Source of the DNA: Octopus vulgaris
Lineage: Eukaryota
Length of the DNA: 64,000 nucleotides
Direction: 5' to 3'
NCBI GenBank assembly: GCA_951406725.2
Contig: OX597839.1
Span: 20,460,001-20,524,000 of the forward strand
Shown here: in pieces, positions 13,669 to 28,230 of the stretch
Layout of the letters: the number at the start of each line of letters is the position of its first letter
Numbering within the stretch: the first letter of the stretch is position 1
Notes under the pieces: generated by a model
The model's database searches: none
What the model saw: the letters and a program-made list of their open reading frames with translations, nothing else
What the model was told of the DNA's origin: nothing
Translations under genes and position numbers: made by a program

Positions 13669-13799
13669 TAGTAATAATAATAGTAATAAGAATAATAATA
13701 ATAGTAATAATAATAATAGTAATAATAATAATAATAGTAGTAATAATAATAATAATAATAGTAATAATAATAGTAGTAATAATAATAATAATAATAATA

Positions 13800-13839
<40 letters not shown>

Positions 13840-13852
13840 TAATAATAATAAT
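13133..13852. repeat. Long imperfect (AAT)n microsatellite
   Basis: AAT with AGT/AAC/AAG interruptions. Confidence 0.95.
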
Positions 13853-14119
13853 CATGATGGTTGCTGTGTGTAGTGACGTCATATATCAACGGAGTTTATT
13901 AACCCTACAGCAACGGGGGAAACCATTACTTTTGCAGACGTTAATTACCGGTTTTGTGGCTTAATTATAATGATGTATTATACTAACATTATTTTCTCTG
14001 CCTCCTTCTACAAGCATCCATCCATCCATACATACATACATACATATCTACACACACACACACACATATATATATACATATATACATGTATATATATCCA
14101 CATATACACACAAACACAT

Positions 14120-14278
14120 GGTATTCTAACATCCACTGCGACCACCCAGTCTTCGTTGGTTAAGAATAACGACAACGACGACGGCGATGACCATAATGAT
14201 CATAATGCCCTGATCAACTGATACAGGCTGATCAAAAGTCTCTCCAGTCGTGACTATCCCACCTTAAGTAGTTCAACA
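14120..14278 (+). mobile_element. Family D fragment
   Basis: CACTGCGACCACCCAGTCTTCGTTGGTTAA...GATCAAAAGTCTCTCCA matches the reverse complement of about 12755-12895. Confidence 0.55.
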
Positions 14279-14380
14279 CACACACACATACACAAATATA
14301 TATATATATATAAACATATTTCTTTCTATATTGTCTCTTTTCCTCTCCCTTTCTCCCATCTCTCTATCTATCTATCTATG

Positions 14381-14417
<37 letters not shown>

Positions 14418-14420
14418 GTT

Positions 14421-14451
<31 letters not shown>

Positions 14452-14477
14452 ATCTTTCTCTGTCTGTCTATCTATCA

Positions 14478-14564
<87 letters not shown>

Positions 14565-14567
14565 GTT

Positions 14568-14598
<31 letters not shown>

Positions 14599-14624
14599 AT
14601 CTTTCTCTGTCTGTCTATCTATCA

Positions 14625-14683
<59 letters not shown>

Positions 14684-14857
14684 CTATCTCTCTCTCTCTC
14701 TTTCTATATATATATATATATACACACACACTCATACAAAAAGACACACACACACACACCTCTTTGACTCTCTACATACATACATACATACACCACACAC
14801 ACACACACAGCTACACGTATTTATTGATTTGTCTACTTACCTTTCTTTCGATCTACC

Positions 14858-14897
<40 letters not shown>

Positions 14898-15214
14898 TAC
14901 TACCCGTATACACACACACACACACACATACATGCTCACACTCGCACACTCTCAGATCTACAGCCACCTGACAACCTGCAGAGGTAGGTAGATACGTACG
15001 CACGAGGGTAGATAGGTAGCTTGCTAATTAGCTTCACAACTAGCTAACTAGCAATTATACAGCTACCCAGGTGTTGAACTGCATGTGATTGCTTCCGCGA
15101 CAGTCAGGTAGATAAGGTAGATTGTTGAGTAGCAGAATAGCTATGCAGTTGGCGAGAGCAATGTGACTATCTACCTAGCCTAGTTAGCTAGCTACATGGT
15201 TAACCGTCTACTTC

Positions 15215-15329
<115 letters not shown>

Positions 15330-15385
15330 GTATATATATATATGTGTTATATATATATATATATATATGTATGTATATATATATG

Positions 15386-15430
<45 letters not shown>

Positions 15431-15776
15431 GTATATATATATATGTTATATATATATTTTATATATATATTATATATATATATATTATATATATATGTAT
15501 ATATATATATTATATATATATATACATATATATATGTGTATATATATGTGTATATATTATTCAAAGAAATTCCAACTCTGTTTTTTGTTTTATTTATATT
15601 CTTTATAATATTAATGTAGAATATAGAATATATAGTATAAATAGTATATATATAGTAAAATGAAATGAAGTATTGATTGTCTTATTGAATAGATGAAATA
15701 TTGAATATCAAATATTAAGGGACTGGTATACTTTTTTGCATTAAAACAGTTTTCAAGATCCCAATCATACAAACCC

Positions 15777-15821
<45 letters not shown>

Positions 15822-16328
15822 GATTATAAAGTGTATGGGAGATATGTTCATACTCAAAATTTATTTTCTCTTATTTTAAAATTTTGTACAGCTTATTATA
15901 ATGACCTGTACATATGGGGGGTAGATAGGTAGTTTGTTAGCTAACTTCACAAACACACACACACACACCTTCGGACACACTAGAGTGAGTGGACAAACGA
16001 AAGGAGGAGGCATGCATTACCTTTAGCTGGAGTTACAAAGTATCATTATTTAAAACTGCTGTAAGTATTAATAATAATAATAATAATAATAATAATCATA
16101 TACGTCTGTATATATATATATATATACACACTTTGTTTTTAGATGGTTTGCAAGATTCTTTATGTGAGTTTGTGTGTTGAAGCATACTTTGTTGTGTCTG
16201 GGGAGAGTCATTCTCTTTTTGTGCCTTATAATTTAACTAAGACGCAACGAAAAGTTTAGAAAAGTAAATAAGTAAATGAGTAGAAATTTTACCGGTGAGT
16301 GTGTTAAACTATAAGGCATTAAAGGTAT

Positions 16329-16373
<45 letters not shown>

Positions 16374-16493
16374 TGACTTGTATATCTATATCCTAGTTGT
16401 CTACCTGCCCCTGGTTTTCCATATTTTTTCGATCCTTAAGTCAGTGTGTGTGTGTGCGCGAGCTTGCATATACATATGTATGTAGTATGTAAG

Positions 16494-16542
<49 letters not shown>

Positions 16543-16742
16543 GCACGGACGTGCGTTTTGTGTATGTTTTTATGTATATATGTATGTGTGTTTGCATTTA
16601 TAGGTATGTATATATATATATATATACACATATTTTCCACTGGCTGCTCTTACATGGTTGGTCCACGAAAGAGGGAGTTTGATATATATACATACACACA
16701 TACCTGATAGATAGATAGACAGATAACAAGAACAACAATAGC

Positions 16743-16801
<59 letters not shown>

Positions 16802-17700
16802 TCTTAATTCTCCTTCTGGTCTTCTGCTTCTGAATTCCTGCCTTTTTTTTTCCTATTTGCAATTCTTCGTACCTGTCTGACTCGTCTATCAACCCATTCC
16901 TACCTGTCTCTCTCCTCCCCCGTCGATCCTCCCACCGCCACCCCTCCGCCTGCCTGCCTGCCTGCCTGTCTATCTGCCTGTCTTCTACGAACCATTCTGG
17001 CTATTTGCTCCCCAAAACTCCAAAGCTAGCTGCTTCCTCTACACCTGAGTTCTTCTTGTTTCACTACGAATGTTATTGCATCGAAGTTGCTTCGCCTCTT
17101 GTTGTCCATTTCATTCTTTGACTCCCCCACCCCACCCCACTCCCTTCGCACCTCCTTCAATCTCTCTCTCTATCCCTCCTCTCTCTCTACGTCTCTCTCT
17201 CTTTGTCTCTCTCTGTCTAGTTCTGTTATATATGGGTAATTTAAAGCAGTCGATATCTTCGCCTTCATATTCAATTTTCTTCTTACTCTCCCTCTCACTC
17301 TCCGTCGCTCAATCCAATCTTCACACTAACGTACTTTCACTTTCACTTTCGTTCTCCTCCACCCCCCGTCACCATTCTATTTAGCTTAAAACTTCCTGAT
17401 CATCATTCTTTCACTCATTCTTCCAGTCACATTCTCTCTCTCTCTCTCTCGATGCACATATGCACGCATACATAAAATTACGTTGATGGATGGATATATA
17501 TATATAAATACATACACACACAAATAGATGGATAGATAGTTACAATAACCCCCCCCACACACACACACACACACAGCTATTGGTCTGCGCATGTGTGCTT
17601 ACATGCACTGAGCATACGCATCTCACTATAATATATATATATATATATGTGTTTGTGTATGTGTGTACATGTCTCTCTATCTATCTATCTATCTACAATG

Positions 17701-17932
17701 GGCGGCGAGCTGGCAGAAACGTTAGCGCGTCGGGCGAAATGCTTCGCGGTATTTCGTCTGCCGTTACGTTGTGAGTTCAAATTCCGCCGAGGTCGACTTT
17801 GCCTTTCATCCTTTCGGGGGTAGATAAATAAAGTACCAGTTACGCACTGGGGTCGATGTAATCGACTTAATACCTATGTCTGTCCTTGTTTGTCCCCTCT
17901 ATGTTTAGCCCCTTGTGGGTAATAAAGAAATA
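17701..17932 (+). mobile_element. SINE-B monomer with tail i
   Basis: GGCGGCGAGCTGGCAGAAACGTTAGC...GCCCCTTGTGGGTAATAAAGAAATA. Confidence 0.92.
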
Positions 17933-17993
<61 letters not shown>

Positions 17994-18283
17994 CTATATA
18001 TATCTATATATCTCTATATATATATAAAGTTAATCCAAACAAGAAAACAAAAAACAACAACGCAAGGATGTGGAACACATCCGTCTCTCTCTATCCGTCT
18101 ATCTATCTACTTATCTATCTGTCCGTCTCATTCTCTCTCTCTCTCTACACCTATCTATCTATCTATATATATATCTATTTACCTCCTCTCTCTCTCTCTC
18201 TCTATCTGTCTATCCATCTCTCTCTTTCTCTACCTATCTTTCTATCTCTATCTACCTACCTACCTACTTACCTGTCTGTCTCC

Positions 18284-18360
<77 letters not shown>

Positions 18361-18742
18361 CATTCTTCTATTTATCTATCAATCTATCTATCTATCCGTC
18401 TCTCTCTCTCTATCTTCCTGTCCATCTATCTGTCTATCCATCCAACCATCCATCCAACCATCCATCCAACCATCCATCCACCCACTTGTCTGCCTGTCTG
18501 TCTGTCTGTCTATTTCCTTTTAAATCATTCACCAAAACATGCACCGTTCACACTTTATCTTCCCACTTCTAATCAAAAGCACCAAATTTGTATCGATTCA
18601 ACCCCCTCCCTTCCTACCCCCCCAATCCTCCCCCCACCCTACACACAACCCCGCCCCACCCCACACCATCATTCATTTTTGCTGTTATTCTCAATCTACT
18701 TCTCATTCAACCATTCTCCTTCTTTCCACCCTCAAACGCCCA

Positions 18743-18815
<73 letters not shown>

Positions 18816-18912
18816 GTACACACTTCAACACTGATACGCATACCCATACACTCAGATAATAACACACACACACACACTTATTCATACATACACAGACATA
18901 CAGTTACACACG

Positions 18913-18956
<44 letters not shown>

Positions 18957-19069
18957 CATACACACACACACACACACATACACACACACACACACACAGA
19001 GAAATAAACACACAAGCACACATAAACGCACGCAGATATATACTCATATATATATCTCCACTCTCTCTG

Positions 19070-19122
<53 letters not shown>

Positions 19123-19625
19123 CTAAGCACAAACTCACACACACATATACACACAAGCGAGCAGAAATCCATGTACGCATTCACACAGCAAATAAACCCA
19201 TTCACACACGCTCACACACACGTCCAAATATACACAAACGCACACGTTCCTACGCTTCCACATATGACCACCCATACATACACACACACACAGTCTCCCA
19301 CATTCATATCAAATAAACCCATTCACACACATACATGCATACGCACGCGCGCGCACACAAGCAACACACACAAACACACACACACACACACACACACACA
19401 TAGCAAATAAATTCATATACACACACAGTTTCTCTCTCACATACACATAAACCCATTCACACATACACAAACATACACAAACCCATATGCACACACTGCC
19501 TGCCTGTCTGTCTGTCTGTCTGTCTGTCTGACTGTCTGTCTGTCTCTCTCTCTCTCTCACACACACAACACACACACCCATAACAAATAAACCCATTCAT
19601 ACACACAAACCCATATCTACATACA

Positions 19626-19661
<36 letters not shown>

Positions 19662-19831
19662 GTTTCTCTCTCACACACACAATTAAACCCATTGACACAC
19701 ACACACACGCAAAATCCCATATACACACACTCTCTCTCTATCTCTCTCTTTCACACACACACACACACAGACACACACACACACAGCCACACACACAGAC
19801 ACACACACAGAGACACACATACACACACACA

Positions 19832-19981
<150 letters not shown>

Positions 19982-20669
19982 TTCAAACCCATCAATTTCT
20001 CAACAATTTGCCATAATATCTTCCAACATACAAGCAGTCATTTTCATCGGTTTTTTTCTTTGGTCGGGTGGGATAAGGGTGGGCTTAGGGTTTAGATTAA
20101 TTTTTTTCTCTCATATATATACGTATGTGTGTGTTGGTGTATAAACAAATTTTCACGCACACACACACACACAAACACCCGTACACATACCCGCACGGTC
20201 CTCTAAGAGAGCAGACATTTTTTTTTATCGACCCTCGAACCCACCCGTAGCCCCGCCCCCCCTTTTTTCTTTTTTCTTTATTTTTCGCTTGTGCCTTAAT
20301 TGCAAGAAGGGAAAGAAGCACCGATGACCTTTTGTAGTGTATCCTTATGTGGTAGTGGTGGTGGTGGTGGTGGTGGTAGTAGTTGTAGTGAGTGTCGGTG
20401 TTGTGGTAGTAGAGATGGTGGTTATGATGGTGATGTTAATAGTGGTGATGGTTGTTGATAGTAGCTGTGGTGGTAGTGTTGGTGGTTGTTGAATGTAGTG
20501 GAAGGCGTAGTATTGGTAGTAGTGGATACTGTTGCTTGGTGGTGGTGATGGTGGTGGCAGTGATAGTAGTGCTAGTGAAGGTGGTGGGTGTTGATGGTAG
20601 CCGTGGTGGTTGTGGTAGTGGTTGTAGTGGTGGTGGTGCTTGTAGTGGTGGTAGTGATATCTGTGGTGG

Positions 20670-21830
20670 TGATGGTGGTATTAACGGTTGTGGTGGTAGT
20701 AGAGATCGTGTTGTTGTTGGTGGTGGTAGTATTAACGGTTGTGGTGGTAGTAGAGATCGTGTTGTTGTTGTTGGTGGTGGTAGTATTAACGGTTGTGGTG
20801 GTAGTAGAGTTCGTGGTGTTGTTGGTGGTGGTAGTATTAACGGTTGTGGTGGTAGTAGAGATCGTGTTGTTGTTGTTGGTGGTGGTAGTATTAACGGTTG
20901 TGGTGGTAGTAGAGATCGTGTGGTGTGTTGTTGTTGGTGGTGGTGGTAGTATTAACGGTTGTGGTGGTAGTAGAGATCGTGTTGTTGTTGTTGGTGGTGG
21001 TAGTATTAACGGTTGTGGTGGTAGTAGAGATCGTGTTGTTGTTGTTGGTGGTGGTAGTATTAACGGTTGTGGTGGTAGTAGAGATCGTGTTGTTGTTGTT
21101 GGTGGTGGTAGTATTAACGGTTGTGGTGGTAGTAGAGATCGTGTTGTTGTTGTTGGTGGTGGTAGTATTAACGGTTGTGGTGGTAGTAGAGTTCGTGTTG
21201 TTGTTGTTGGTGGTGGTAGTATTAACGGTTGTGGTGGTAGTAGAGTTCGTGGTGTTGTTGTTGGTGGTGGTAGTATTAATGGTTGTGGTGGTAGTAGAGA
21301 TCGTGTTGTTGTTGGTGGTGGTAGTATTAACGGTTGTGGTGGTAGTAGAGATCGTGTTGTTGGTGGTGGTGGTGGTAGTATTAACGGTTGTGGTGGTAGT
21401 AGAGTTCGTGTTGTTGTTGTTGGTGGTGGTAGTATTAACGGTTGTGGTGGTAGTAGAGTTCGTGGTGTTGTTGTTGGTGGTGGTAGTATTAACGGTTGTG
21501 GTGGTAGTAGAGATCGTGTTGTTGTTGGTGGTGGTAGTATTAACGGTTGTGGTGGTAGTAGAGATCGTGTTGTTGTTGGTGGTGGTAGTATTAACGGTTG
21601 TGGTGGTAGTAGAGTTCGTGTTGTTGTTGGTGGTGGTGGTAGTATTAACGGTTGTGGTGGTAGTAGAGTTCGTGGTGGTGTTGTTGTTGTTGGTTGTTGT
21701 TGTAGTGATAGCAGTGTTAGTGATGGGTGTTGAAGGTGGCTGTAGTGGTGGCAGTTGTGGTGGCAGTTGTGGTGGTGGTGGTGGTGGTAGTATTAACGGT
21801 TGTGGTGGCAGTAGAGTTCGTGGTATTGGT
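20670..21830. repeat. Minisatellite, about 20 units of 51-57 bp within a GGT/GTT-rich tract
   Basis: Unit GGTGGTGGTAGTATTAACGGTTGTGGTGGTAGTAGAG(A/T)TCGT(GTT)3-4. Confidence 0.95.
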
Positions 21831-21968
21831 GGTGGTGGTGGTGGTACTGGTAGTGGAGAGTTTAATGGTAACGGTAGTGTTGATGTTGCTGACACTGTTT
21901 GTTGATGCAGATTAAAGGGTGGAAAAATTACCCCACCCCCACCCAATTCCCCTCCGACACGAACATAC

Positions 21969-22102
21969 CTATGGTAGCGGCATCTCCTGCACGGGTATAA
22001 TAATGCAAAGCATACAAGCCATGACTCGCATCCGCAATCAATGAAGGCAAATAAGGAATTCGATTTTAATGAAAGTCTGCCATATTTTTTTATGAGCCAC
22101 AG
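21969..22102 (-). other. Candidate internal exon (134 nt)
   Basis: Unique island with acceptor TTTTTTCAG| and donor ATAG|GTATGT on minus; one open frame, no recognisable homology. Confidence 0.3.
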
Positions 22103-22142
22103 CTGAAAAAATGGCTGCATCTGTGCCATACATGCCACATAT

Positions 22143-22550
22143 AGGCGCAGGAGTGGCTGTGTGGTAAGTAGCTTGCTAACCAACCACATGGTTCCGGGTT
22201 CAGTCCCACTGCGTGGCATCTTGGGCAAGTGTCTTCTGCTATAGCCCGGGGCCGACCAAAGCCTTGTGAGTGGATTTGGTAGATGGAAACTGAAAGAAGC
22301 CCGTCATATATATGTATATATATATATGTATGTGTGTGTGTTTGTGTGTCTGTGTTTGTCCCCCTAGCATTGCGTGACAACCAATGCTGGTGTGTTTACG
22401 CCCCCGTCACTTAGCGGTTCGGCAAAAGAGATCGATAGAATAAGTACTGGGCTTACAAAGAATAAGTCCCGGGGTCGATTTGCTCGACTAAAGGCGGTGC
22501 TCCAGCATGGCCGCAGTCAAATGACTGAAACATGTAAGAGAGTAAGAGAG
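22143..22550 (+). mobile_element. SINE-A full length
   Basis: Complete head, core, microsatellite and tail; an older minus-strand tail follows at about 22565-22790. Confidence 0.92.
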
Positions 22551-22919
22551 TATGTATTTTATGCCTTTTACTTGCTTCAGTCATTGGACTGCGACCACGC
22601 TGGGGCACCGCCTTGAAGAATTTTTGGTTGAGTGATTCGAATCCTGTACCTGTGTTTTGTTTTGTTTTGTTTTTTAAGTATGGTAATAATTCTGTCGGTC
22701 TCTTTGGCTGAGGCGATAACGGCTGAGTCACGGGGATGTAAACAAACCAACAGCAGCTATCACACGGTGGTGGTGGTGCGACGAACTAACACAAGCACAC
22801 GTTCACGTATACATGCATAAGCATATACACATGAATAGATACATATACACACATGCATACACGCATGCATGCATATATACATACACACATACATATATCT
22901 GTTATCTGATTTAAAGGAC

Positions 22920-23082
22920 GATTCTTTTCTGCTCTAGGCACAAGGCCTGAAATTTTGAGGGAGGGTGGCCCCCAGCACACGACTTGTACTTAAATTGTCG
23001 ACCCCGAAAGGATGAAAGGCAAAGTCGACCTCAGCAGAATGTGAACTCAGAGCGTAAAGATAGACTAAATACCTATTTCTTT
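22920..23082 (-). mobile_element. SINE-B fragment (tail ii) retaining a multimer junction
   Basis: CGACCCCGAAAGGATGAAAGGCAAAGTCGACC; ends AAATACCTATTTCTTT, the reversed tail i/head junction. Confidence 0.75.
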
Positions 23083-23285
23083 ACGATTTCGATTTACACA
23101 TGACTCGCGGAATCAAACTAACGTGTAAAACGAGGGCCAACCGTATAACACGAGGGCCAACCGTATATTATGTGTGTATGGTGTACACACACACGAAGGG
23201 GGGAGAGACACGGCAGAAGGATGAGGGGTTACGAAAATTGACACTGCATTAATATTTTATTCGCCTGGTGTCAAATCCACTTCTC

Positions 23286-23324
<39 letters not shown>

Positions 23325-23544
23325 TGCGTGTGTGTATGCATATAAATATGTATGTATGTCCGTGCATATATATGTGTGTATATTCACACATCTTGCACTT
23401 GCTGCCGTAGGGGCACTTTTAAAAAAAACTGTATTAACACTGCGTTAAACATGTCAAACCTTTACAAGTAACACTCATTGATGAGTGCATATATCCACAT
23501 ATATATATGTACATATATATACACATATACCGATATATACATAC

Positions 23545-23591
<47 letters not shown>

Positions 23592-23920
23592 CGTGGTAGG
23601 AAAGGAAGGAAGTAATAAGGAATGGTGTCACATAAATAAAGAGAATCTCAGGAAATGTCTTTGGGCGCTCCTTATGCTCCACCCTATATGTAATATCTGA
23701 GAAGACGGCGGTGCGAAGGCAGACATTTTCTTTTTCATAAATATATATGTATATGTGTGTGTGTGTGTGTGTGTTTGATGTAGTCTTTGCAGCATGTACG
23801 TTTGTGTGTGTGTGAGTGTATGTGTATGTATGTATGTGTATGTGTATGTATGTGTACATGTGTGTGTATGTGGTTGTGTGTGTAGGAGAGCACGTTTTTG
23901 TGTGTGTGTATATATGTGTG

Positions 23921-23954
<34 letters not shown>

Positions 23955-24187
23955 GTGTAGTTTTTGCAGCATGTACGTTTGTGTGTGTATGCGTGTATGT
24001 GTATGTATGTATGTGTGTATGTGGTTCTGTGTGTACGAGAGCACGTTTTTGTCTGTGTGTGTGTGTGTGTGTATATATATATGTGTGTGTGGTGTAGTCT
24101 TTGTGTGTGTATGCGTGTATGTGTATGTATGTGTGTGTGTGTGTGGTTGTGTGTGTACGAGAGCACGTTTATGTGTGTGTGTGTGTG

Positions 24188-24259
<72 letters not shown>

Positions 24260-24571
24260 GGTGTGTATGTGTGTGTATATATGTGTGTGTATGTATGTGT
24301 AAATATGAGTATATATATATATATATATTGTGTGTATGTGTGTAAATATATGGGTATGCATATTATGCGTGTTTGTTCGAGTGTATGTATATGTATGTGT
24401 GCATGAACGTATGTACATGTGTGTGTGTGTGTGGTTATTCTTATAGTGTTTTATGCGTTTACATATCTGCAGCAATCTTAAAAAACATAAATGTAGATAT
24501 TTGGATACATATATATTAATTTTGACATGTATTTACATATGCATATAAATAATGTAGATTTATGTTTCAGT

Positions 24572-24616
<45 letters not shown>

Positions 24617-24890
24617 TGTGTGCATTCATGCATGCCGCTTCGTTGTTGCACAGCAGAAATTCAAACTCTTCTGTGTAAAGAAAGGGTGTTAGGCAAGGCT
24701 ATATGTTAGGTTCTTTACTGTTTAAGAGTTCTTTTTTTTCAGTTTCTGTGACCACGTAGTTACTCAGAAGGAAGGAAGGAAAGGCGAGAGTCGTTATTAA
24801 AAATTAAGTACTGGGGTCGATCTAATCCACTGGTCCCTTCCCCCAAAATTTTGGGCCTTGTGCCTAGAGTAGAAAAGAAAATCAATATAT

Positions 24891-25645
24891 AGGCGGCGAG
24901 CTGGCAGAATCGTTAGCGCGCCGGGCGAAATACTTAGCGGTATTTCGTCTGCCGCTAACGTCTGGATACAAATTCGGCCGAGGTCGACTTTACCTTTTAT
25001 CCTTTCGGGGTCGATTAAATAAGTTCCAGTTACGTACAGGGTTTGATGTAATCGACTTAATCCCTTTGTCTGTCCTTGTTTGTCCCCTTTATGTTTAGCC
25101 CCAGTTCAAATTCCGCCGACGTCGACTTTGCCTTTCATCCTTTCGGCGTCGATTAAATAAGTACCAGTTACGCACTGAGGTCAATGTAATCGACTTAATC
25201 CGTTTGTCTGTCCTTGTTTGTCCTCTCTGTGTTTAGCCCTTTGTGGGTAGTAAAAAAATAGGCATTTCGTCATCCGCTACGTTCTTAATTCAAATTCCAC
25301 CGAGGTCGACTTTGCCTTTCATCATTTCGGGGTCGATTAAATAAATACCAATTACGTACTGGGGTCGATGTAATCGACTTAATCCCTTTGTCTGTCTTTG
25401 TTTGTCCCCTCTATGTTTAGCCCCTTGTGGGCAATATAGAAATAACAGACGTTAGCACACCGGGCGAAATGCTTTGCTGTTTTTCGCCCGTCCCTACGCT
25501 CTGAGTTCAAATCCCGCCGAAATCGACTTTGCCTTTCTTCCTTTCGGGGTCGTTAAAATAAGTACCAGTTGCGTACTGAGGTCGATGTAATCGACTTACC
25601 CACTCCTCCGAAATTGCTGGCCTTGTCCCAAAATTTGAAACCAAT
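24891..25645 (+). mobile_element. SINE-B tetramer (tail i x3, tail ii) with TSD ATCAATATAT
   Basis: Four core copies; ATCAATATAT at 24881-24890 and 25646-25655. Confidence 0.88.
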
Positions 25646-26226
25646 ATCAATATATTATTGATAGCCGTATTCAGGTAGTTCACATCCCAGAAGCCCCTAC
25701 GGGTTATTGTTTTCCCAGTTCATTTTTCATTTCATTTCATCTAGCTGTGGTCATGCTAGGGCAAAAGAATGCACTTGGTGCTTAAGGCCCAGAAATCGAG
25801 TTCATATGCGTTGGCTCACTGCAGCGCCCATTCTTCTCCAACCCCCTTTTTTTACTTTTCAATGTTACAACAGCAACAACAACAACAAATACTCATTCCC
25901 TCAAACTTCAGATCCTAGTAAACCTTATTGCCAGCGACTATTCACCGGATATTCTAGACTAACACAGACGGGCCTCTGTGTCTCTTGAAAGGCTCAGAGA
26001 ATCTTTTGAAGCATTCATCTTCGCTTTCACACAAAGATCCCGTCTGTTTCAAAGCCGAACTTCAAAGTTTCGGATGTACAGTCATATCTCAACAGCATGA
26101 TCCTCTGCGCATGCGTCCTTAGGGCATGTTTGTCTTATGTATGTGTACATAAACATGATTGTCTACGTTTCTATATACATGTGTTAGTTTGTCAGTATTT
26201 GAATAATACACATCTGGATATAGTCT

Positions 26227-26797
26227 TTACTCTTTTACTCGTTTCACTCATTTGACTGCGGCCATACTGGAGCACCGCCTTTAGTCGAGCAAATCGACCC
26301 CGGGACTTATTCATTGTAAGCCTAGTACTTATTCTATCGGGCTCCCTTTACCGAACCGCTAAGTTACGGGGACATAAATACATCAGCATCGGTTGTCAAG
26401 CGATGTTGGGGGGGACAAACACAGACACACAAACACACACACACATGCATATGTATATATACATATATATATATATATGTTAGTTACTTAATTATTTGGC
26501 TCAAAAAGCAAAAAGCAAGGCCATGTAGGGGGACATGGAGTTATGTATAGGGTGGTGTTCATGTAAAGAGTTCAGGTCACTTGTGGTCAAGGGAGACTTT
26601 GAACCGAGCGGTCGTCGGCATCTTCACTTTTTCGACGGGCTTCTTTCAGTTTCCGTCTACCAAATCCAGTCACAAGGCTTTGGTCGACCCGAGGCTATAG
26701 TAGAAGGCAGTTGCCCAAGGTGCCACGCAGTGGGACTGAACCCGGAACCATGTGGATCGTAAGCAAGCAACTTACCACACAGCCACTCCTACGCCTG
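26227..26797 (-). mobile_element. SINE-A full length with nested CR1 fragment and 53-bp flanking direct repeats
   Basis: Complete element on minus; direct repeats at 26174-26226 and 26798-26850. Confidence 0.9.
26479..26627 (-). mobile_element. CR1 3' end nested in the SINE-A central microsatellite
   Basis: Highly similar to 7583-7738. Confidence 0.88.
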
Positions 26798-27114
26798 TAT
26801 ACATGTGTTAGTCAGTCAGTATTTGAATAATACACATCTGGATATAGTCTAAATATTTTTACAATTCTATTTATAATTTATCATTTTTTAATTAATAATT
26901 TCAATTTCATAATTAGTCATGTCCTTTCCGGTTTCCTGAAGCCCTGCCTCTCAGGGTTGGTGCCGAAGCAGTTAGTTCCCTGACCAAATGACCTAATTAC
27001 CACAGGTGTGAATCTAAAGTCCGATGGTAGAAATCTATTTTACGCCCAATTTGATCCTTAGAACTTTTAGACTTGTCTGGTCGATGACCCACTGAAAAGG
27101 TTATCTTTTTCATA

Positions 27115-27388
27115 CCCTTCACTTGATTCAAACTGCGGCCATGCTGGGGCACCACTTTGAAGAACTTCTAGTCAAACGAGTCGACTCCAGTACTTAATAT
27201 TTTTCAAAGACGAGTACTTAATGTATCGACCTCTTTTGCCGAACTGCTAAGTTACGGGGACGCAGACATACCAACACCAGTTGTCAAGCGGTGGTGGTGA
27301 TAGGACACCCCCCACACATACATACATACATACATATATTTTTTTTTATTTAAAAAAAATTTTTTTATCTAGTTTCAGCTGGGGCACC

Positions 27389-27435
<47 letters not shown>

Positions 27436-27597
27436 CGGGCTTCTTTCAGTTTCAGTCTAACAAATCCACTCACAAGACTTTGGTCAGCCTGAGGCTAGAG
27501 TAGAAGACACTTGCCGAAGGTGCCAGGCAGTGGGACTGAACCTGGAACCATGTGAATGGGAAGCAAGCTTCTTACCACACAGCCACGCCTGCGCCTA
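27115..27597 (-). mobile_element. SINE-A, older and interrupted
   Basis: Tail at about 27120-27300; head half at 27435-27597. Confidence 0.75.
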
Positions 27598-27929
27598 TGT
27601 ATTGCCGTTATTAAAACAAAATATTTGTCTCCATATAAAGAGTCCATTTCGTTCCTATTGTTCATCCCATTACTTTTATATCGACCCTTCGTCAGCCTTG
27701 TTTCGTGGGCAGAAGCAGGCACTGTTTCCATTCATGAAAAATACAGATAGCTGTATTTTATGACTCGTTGGCGAGTATGACCATTGCTGATAAATTATTT
27801 TATCCTAGATGTGAAAGACGGGAGCTTTAACATCTAGGATCAGAAACTCATTATATGCAGACAAACATTCTTGTCAGTGGTCACCCGTAGAGACTAAAAA
27901 TTTTTAAAAAATTCTCAAGTGTAAAAAGT

Positions 27930-27949
27930 ATATGTATATATGTATATAT

Positions 27950-27981
<32 letters not shown>

Positions 27982-27993
27982 CGTATATATTAT

Positions 27994-28024
<31 letters not shown>

Positions 28025-28188
28025 TATGTATATATATTATGTATATATATATGTATATGTATATATATATATGTATATATTATGTATATATTTATGTATA
28101 TATATATGTATATATTTATGTATATGTATATATTTATGTATATGTATATTTGTATATACATATATATGTGTATATATATGTATATGTA

Positions 28189-28230
<42 letters not shown>

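Noticed and set aside
12705-13964. Poly-Y, poly-L, poly-I and poly-N ORFs
   Set aside because: (AAT)n microsatellite artefact.
20670-21830. CRISPR-like array (also considered for 62381 and 63478)
   Set aside because: No unique spacers, no cas genes, eukaryotic context.
20452-22228. Gly/Cys-rich or mucin-like repetitive protein (381-445 aa ORFs)
   Set aside because: Triplet-based minisatellite open on several frames; contains a frameshift, and the longest ORF starts inside a SINE.
22090-22380. Recurrent peptides such as DGLLSVSVYQIHSQGFGR and PRKDERQSRPRRNLN
   Set aside because: Chance translations of non-coding SINE-A and SINE-B copies.
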